Source of the DNA: Pristiophorus japonicus
Taxonomy: Eukaryota
Direction: 5' to 3'
Length of the DNA: 64,000 bases
NCBI RefSeq assembly: GCF_044704955.1
Contig: NC_091979.1
Span: 316,572,001 to 316,636,000 of the forward strand
Both the position numbers and the translations under genes were made by a program. Below, piece by piece: positions 59,999 to 64,000 of this stretch. The number at the start of each line of letters is the position of its first letter. Position 1 is the stretch's first letter. A model generated the notes under the pieces. The model ran no database searches. It was not told the DNA's origin and worked only from the letters and a program-made list of their open reading frames with translations.

Positions 59999-62900
59999 TG
60001 TTATGTATGCTTGCTTGTATTGTTTTATGGTGTTTGTAACACTGAATGTACCTTACACTGTACACATCTTACTGTACACCAGAGGGTGCTGCTGCTGGAG
60101 ACCTAAGGGTTACCTACACACTGCAGGTAACCCAGTCTAAAAGGGAGCTCACAGCTTGGTGTCCCAACTCAGGAGCTGCAAATAAAGGACTACAGTGTAC
60201 ACAGTTTAAGTACCATACACTGCCTCGTGGAGTCATTACCAAAGGTGCCTGCATACACTGCAATTGGCGATGAGATCACGAACTACATGCTCAGCATGTC
60301 GAATCTCAGCAACTTTCAGCAATTTACCGATGGGGAAGATTGGGATACTTTTGTAGAAAGATTGGAACATTTCTTCATAGCCAACGACCAGGATGGGGAC
60401 ACACTGGCTACACGACTGAAAGCGCAGGGCCATCCTGCTTAGCAGTTGTGGGCCCACCATCCATTGTCTCGTCAGGGACTTGCTAGCCCCTGTGAAGACA
60501 ACCACCAACAGCTATGAGGAACTTGTAACACTAATACAGGAGCAAGTAAAACCAAAAGAAAGCATCCTCAAAGCCAGGCACCGGTTCTTCACTTACCGGC
60601 GACCCGAAGGCCAGGAAATTACTAAGTATGCTGCACATTTAAGAAGACTAGCTGCACCGTGTGATTTTGGAGACCACCTGAATGAAGCATTAAGGGACAT
60701 ATTTGTCATCGAAATTGGCCACAAGGGCCTCCTACACAAATTGCTCTCTGCGGACATCACAGTCACCCTGCAGAAAGCAATTCAAGTGAGCCAGGCCTAC
60801 ATGGTTTCGGCCGGCGACTCCAGGCGAATACTGACCCAGGACTCTAAACCGGCGAGCGCAGTGCACCGCATGGACACTTCTAAAGGCAGAAATGCTGCCC
60901 GAGTCCCGCAACCCTGGTCCGCCACATGGGGCAAACCGGATGGCCCCGTGCTGACGCTGTGGAGGAAACCACAGGGCCCACCAGTGCCGCTACAAAGACT
61001 AGACATACAAAAGCTGCAAAGAGAAAGGGCACCATCAAAGGATGTGTAGAAAAAGCTTTACTCACTGCGTCACTGAAGAGGAGGCTGATCACCGGGGCTC
61101 CGACACAGATGAAGATGAAGCTGCTCAACCCGTGGAACAAAAGAATGGAGATAATACCTGCTCCACTGAAAGTTCTCTGTGGACGATGGAAATCTACATC
61201 GGTGGGGTCCCAGTTTCCATGGAGATCGACACAGGGCCGAGCCAGTCTGTGATGAGCCAAACGACCTTTGAAAAAATTTGGATGAATCCCACCACTCGAC
61301 CAAAACTGTCTCCTGTCCAGGCACAGCTGCTCACCTACACCAAAGGTAAAATCCAAATCGTTGGCAGCGTGAACGTCCAGGTCTCTCAGGGCGACGTGTT
61401 GAACAAACTCCCCCCTGTGGATCATTGCTGGAGATGGTCCCACACTGCTGGGAAGGAATTGGATGAACCCGGTCCAAATCAGGGGAAGTGGCGACGGCCT
61501 CCAGGCTCCAGCAATCGACATCCCACGCAGCCCCGAACATGGATCCATCGCTGCATCGAGAGATCCCAGCGACCAGTCGACTGCGGGGTGACGACTCCAC
61601 AACACCGTGACAAGATCTCAGGAACCGAAAATCCAACCTTCATCTTCCAGGCCAGGGCAGGACTCCAAGAGGTGGACATCATCGAAAGAAGTGGATTCCC
61701 GACGTCCATGGCCAAACCTGAGGAAGAAAAGATCACCACAGCCGACCTGGAGGAGAGCCAGAAGATAGCTGCCTCACCACGAGGAAAAAAAACTAAAATC
61801 AAAATGGCCGGGACCAGATCATGAGGGGCAGCATTGGAGGAGCGACACGTGACATCGAGCGGCCAATCGGATTTGAAGGCTCCCTTAAAGGAGACCGGTA
61901 ACCAAAAAAATTTAAAGGGGCAGTTTCAACTTAAAGATGACAGGGACTTTAAAGCTAAAAATGCAGTAAAAGGGTGGACGTATGATAATGTAACCATGAA
62001 TTGTGATGCTGGTGTAACTAATGTGAAAAATAAAATGAATGCTTGTGTAAGTAAGTTTAGGAACAAGCTTGTTATGTATGATGATTATGGCAGGGAGTTT
62101 GAAATACCTAATGTAACCATGTCTGGTGAGACCATGATACCAAAAAGTGATGCAAATGCTGTTATTAACAATGTAAAGGCAGTCAATAATATAGACTCAA
62201 CTATGTATGATCAGAGCTAGGGTGTCATGTATACAGGTAGGACACTGTTAAAGCACACAGTGTTCGACAGGGACCATGCAAATGCTAGAGGAATCCCCCC
62301 ATGGGAGACCCCCAGGTCCAGTTGGCTACCAGACCATGTAGCCTGGATCTTTGGAACGAGTGTGATGCCCCAGGAAGGACACACACACACCCAGCACACC
62401 CAGTGGAAGCAGACCCACTACAGGGACAGTGGTCAATGGGCAACACAGCCACCACCACTGGCAACCTGCCCCAGACCAGCCCTACACCTCCTGGCCACGA
62501 GGGCCAACACCAGGAGCGAGAGGCCAATACCCTCCAGCTTTCCTGGCAAACCCTGGGATGACCAGACTCTCATCCCAATTGGAGGACAAGGAGCCCACAC
62601 AGTCCTGTGGTCCTGCCCACCACCACACAACTACCCATATCTCAGAATATGCACCCTACCCACTGCTGCAATGACTACCCCACTGAGGGATCCCACAACA
62701 GTGACACCCACATGGTCTGTGTGAGGGATGGGGGGGAAATATATGAGGCCAGCCTTAAGAACAGGGATCACACCTGGCACCCACACAACCCTCACTACAC
62801 CTAGCACCCACACAACCCTCACCACAACCTCCCATAACCCACTACCGATCACTTCCCCAGGTCATTACAATAAGGACTTGAAAAATGCTTAGGGGGGAGT

Positions 62901-63167
62901 GTTGTTATGTATGCTTGCTTGTATTGTTATATGATGTTTGTATCACTGAATGTACCTTACACTGTACACACCTTACTGTACACCAGAGGGTGCTGCTGCT
63001 GGAGACCTAAGGGTTACCTACACACTGCGGGTAACCCAGTCCAAAAGGGAGCTCACAGCTTGGTGTCCTCACTCGAGGAGCTGCAAATAAAGGACTGCAG
63101 TGTACACAGTTTAAGTACCATACCCTGCCTCATTGAGTCATTACCAAAGGTGCCTGCATACACCACA
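59999..63167 (+). mobile_element. Non-autonomous Gypsy LTR element: LTRs 59999-60262 and 62903-63167, gag + protease only
   Basis: Two LTRs of about 264 bp bounded by TG...CA; PBS TGGCGATGAG at 60265; PPT AGGGGGGAG at 62891; gag FTDGEDWDTFVERL, ARHRFF; protease MEIDTG; no RT motif found. Confidence 0.88.
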
Positions 63168-64000
63168 GTAACGGCTCCCCAGTTTATGACCTGGACCAGC
63201 CAGGATCCCACGTTACTGCCTGCTAACGGCAAACCGCTAGACGGGATGTTGCAGCTTATCCGTCGCAAACACAGGTTGCTCATCCCATCAGATTGGCTTC
63301 TATGGGGCAATCCTGCTACGTTGCAAAGAAAGGGAGGGAGGCTATACATAGTTGGTGGTCCGGGCCTCCATACCATGGCCCAGGATTCACGGGGACCCTC
63401 CCACGACCACTGAAAGTCTCAAGTCCATATCAGCCATCCTTGGCTTGCCAGACCTTAGGGTCAGAGACAATAGTCCGGAGCGGGCAGCCCAAATCATAAA
63501 GCCAAGCACTACACGTGTCACGGTAGACTCTCCACAGACCCAGATATCTCGGGTGCTACGCAGTTACCAGACAGAATCACTCAGAACCGTGCTTTCCTTA
63601 TGCTATCAGCAGAGAATGCACCACGATCGCATGGCTCCTCCACGCGACATCAGAATAAATGATGTAGACCATGTTCAAGGCCCCAGATGGGCTGCTAGCA
63701 CTGTATTAGCCAACGAGGGGAATGGAGTGTTTGTAATAAAAATGGAACGTTTGTTGTGGAACCATGTACTGGGCAAACGCACAGAGCATTTGGACCAGAC
63801 CCAACTGCGAACTACAGATAAACAGGAACCACAGGAACCACTGGCCCCCAGCAACACACTAAACACAAGTGACCTCGCCGTCAACCACGAGGATGAACCC
63901 ACCATGCCCATCAGTCCGATCAGACCAGCCGCGTGGCCGTGCAGCAACGATCAGACCAACTCACCCGTGCCAGGACTTCAACTCAGGCGATCGACGCGGG
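63168..64000 (+). mobile_element. Degenerate Gypsy pol/integrase remnant
   Basis: TWTSQDP...LLWGN and GPRW...HLDQ segments typical of Gypsy integrase flanks. Confidence 0.55.

Overview
Eukaryotic, repeat-rich genomic DNA, almost certainly from a cartilaginous fish (shark or ray), judged from the CR1/L2/RTE LINEs, a DeuSINE, Harbinger MITEs and a shark UAA-type MHC class I sequence. Host genes form an interferon-induced IFIT (tetratricopeptide-repeat) cluster on the + strand: one intact coding exon 2 (2186-3614) and two decayed paralogs (17804-18537; 46465-51500, split by nested CR1s). The most striking object is a complete, uninterrupted MHC class I heavy-chain ORF on the - strand (42289-43356) with leader, alpha1-3, TM and tail and no introns. 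It ends downstream in a short same-strand CR1 3' tail. Upstream, beyond a 40-bp VNTR, lies an X1-X2-Y MHC enhanceosome module, and the whole cassette is bracketed by two arrays of the same 30-bp minisatellite. The rest is mobile DNA: a decayed retrovirus-like provirus with dual RNase H (31749-40356, -), a second ERV 5' end (1-1740), Gypsy LTR elements, many nested CR1s, a tandemly duplicated L2 unit, internally deleted RTE elements, Harbinger and Tigger-like DNA elements, and several minisatellites. Nearly all short ORFs in the track are TE or repeat artefacts. Repeat boundaries were estimated by eye, and all comparisons to known proteins or promoters are from memory.
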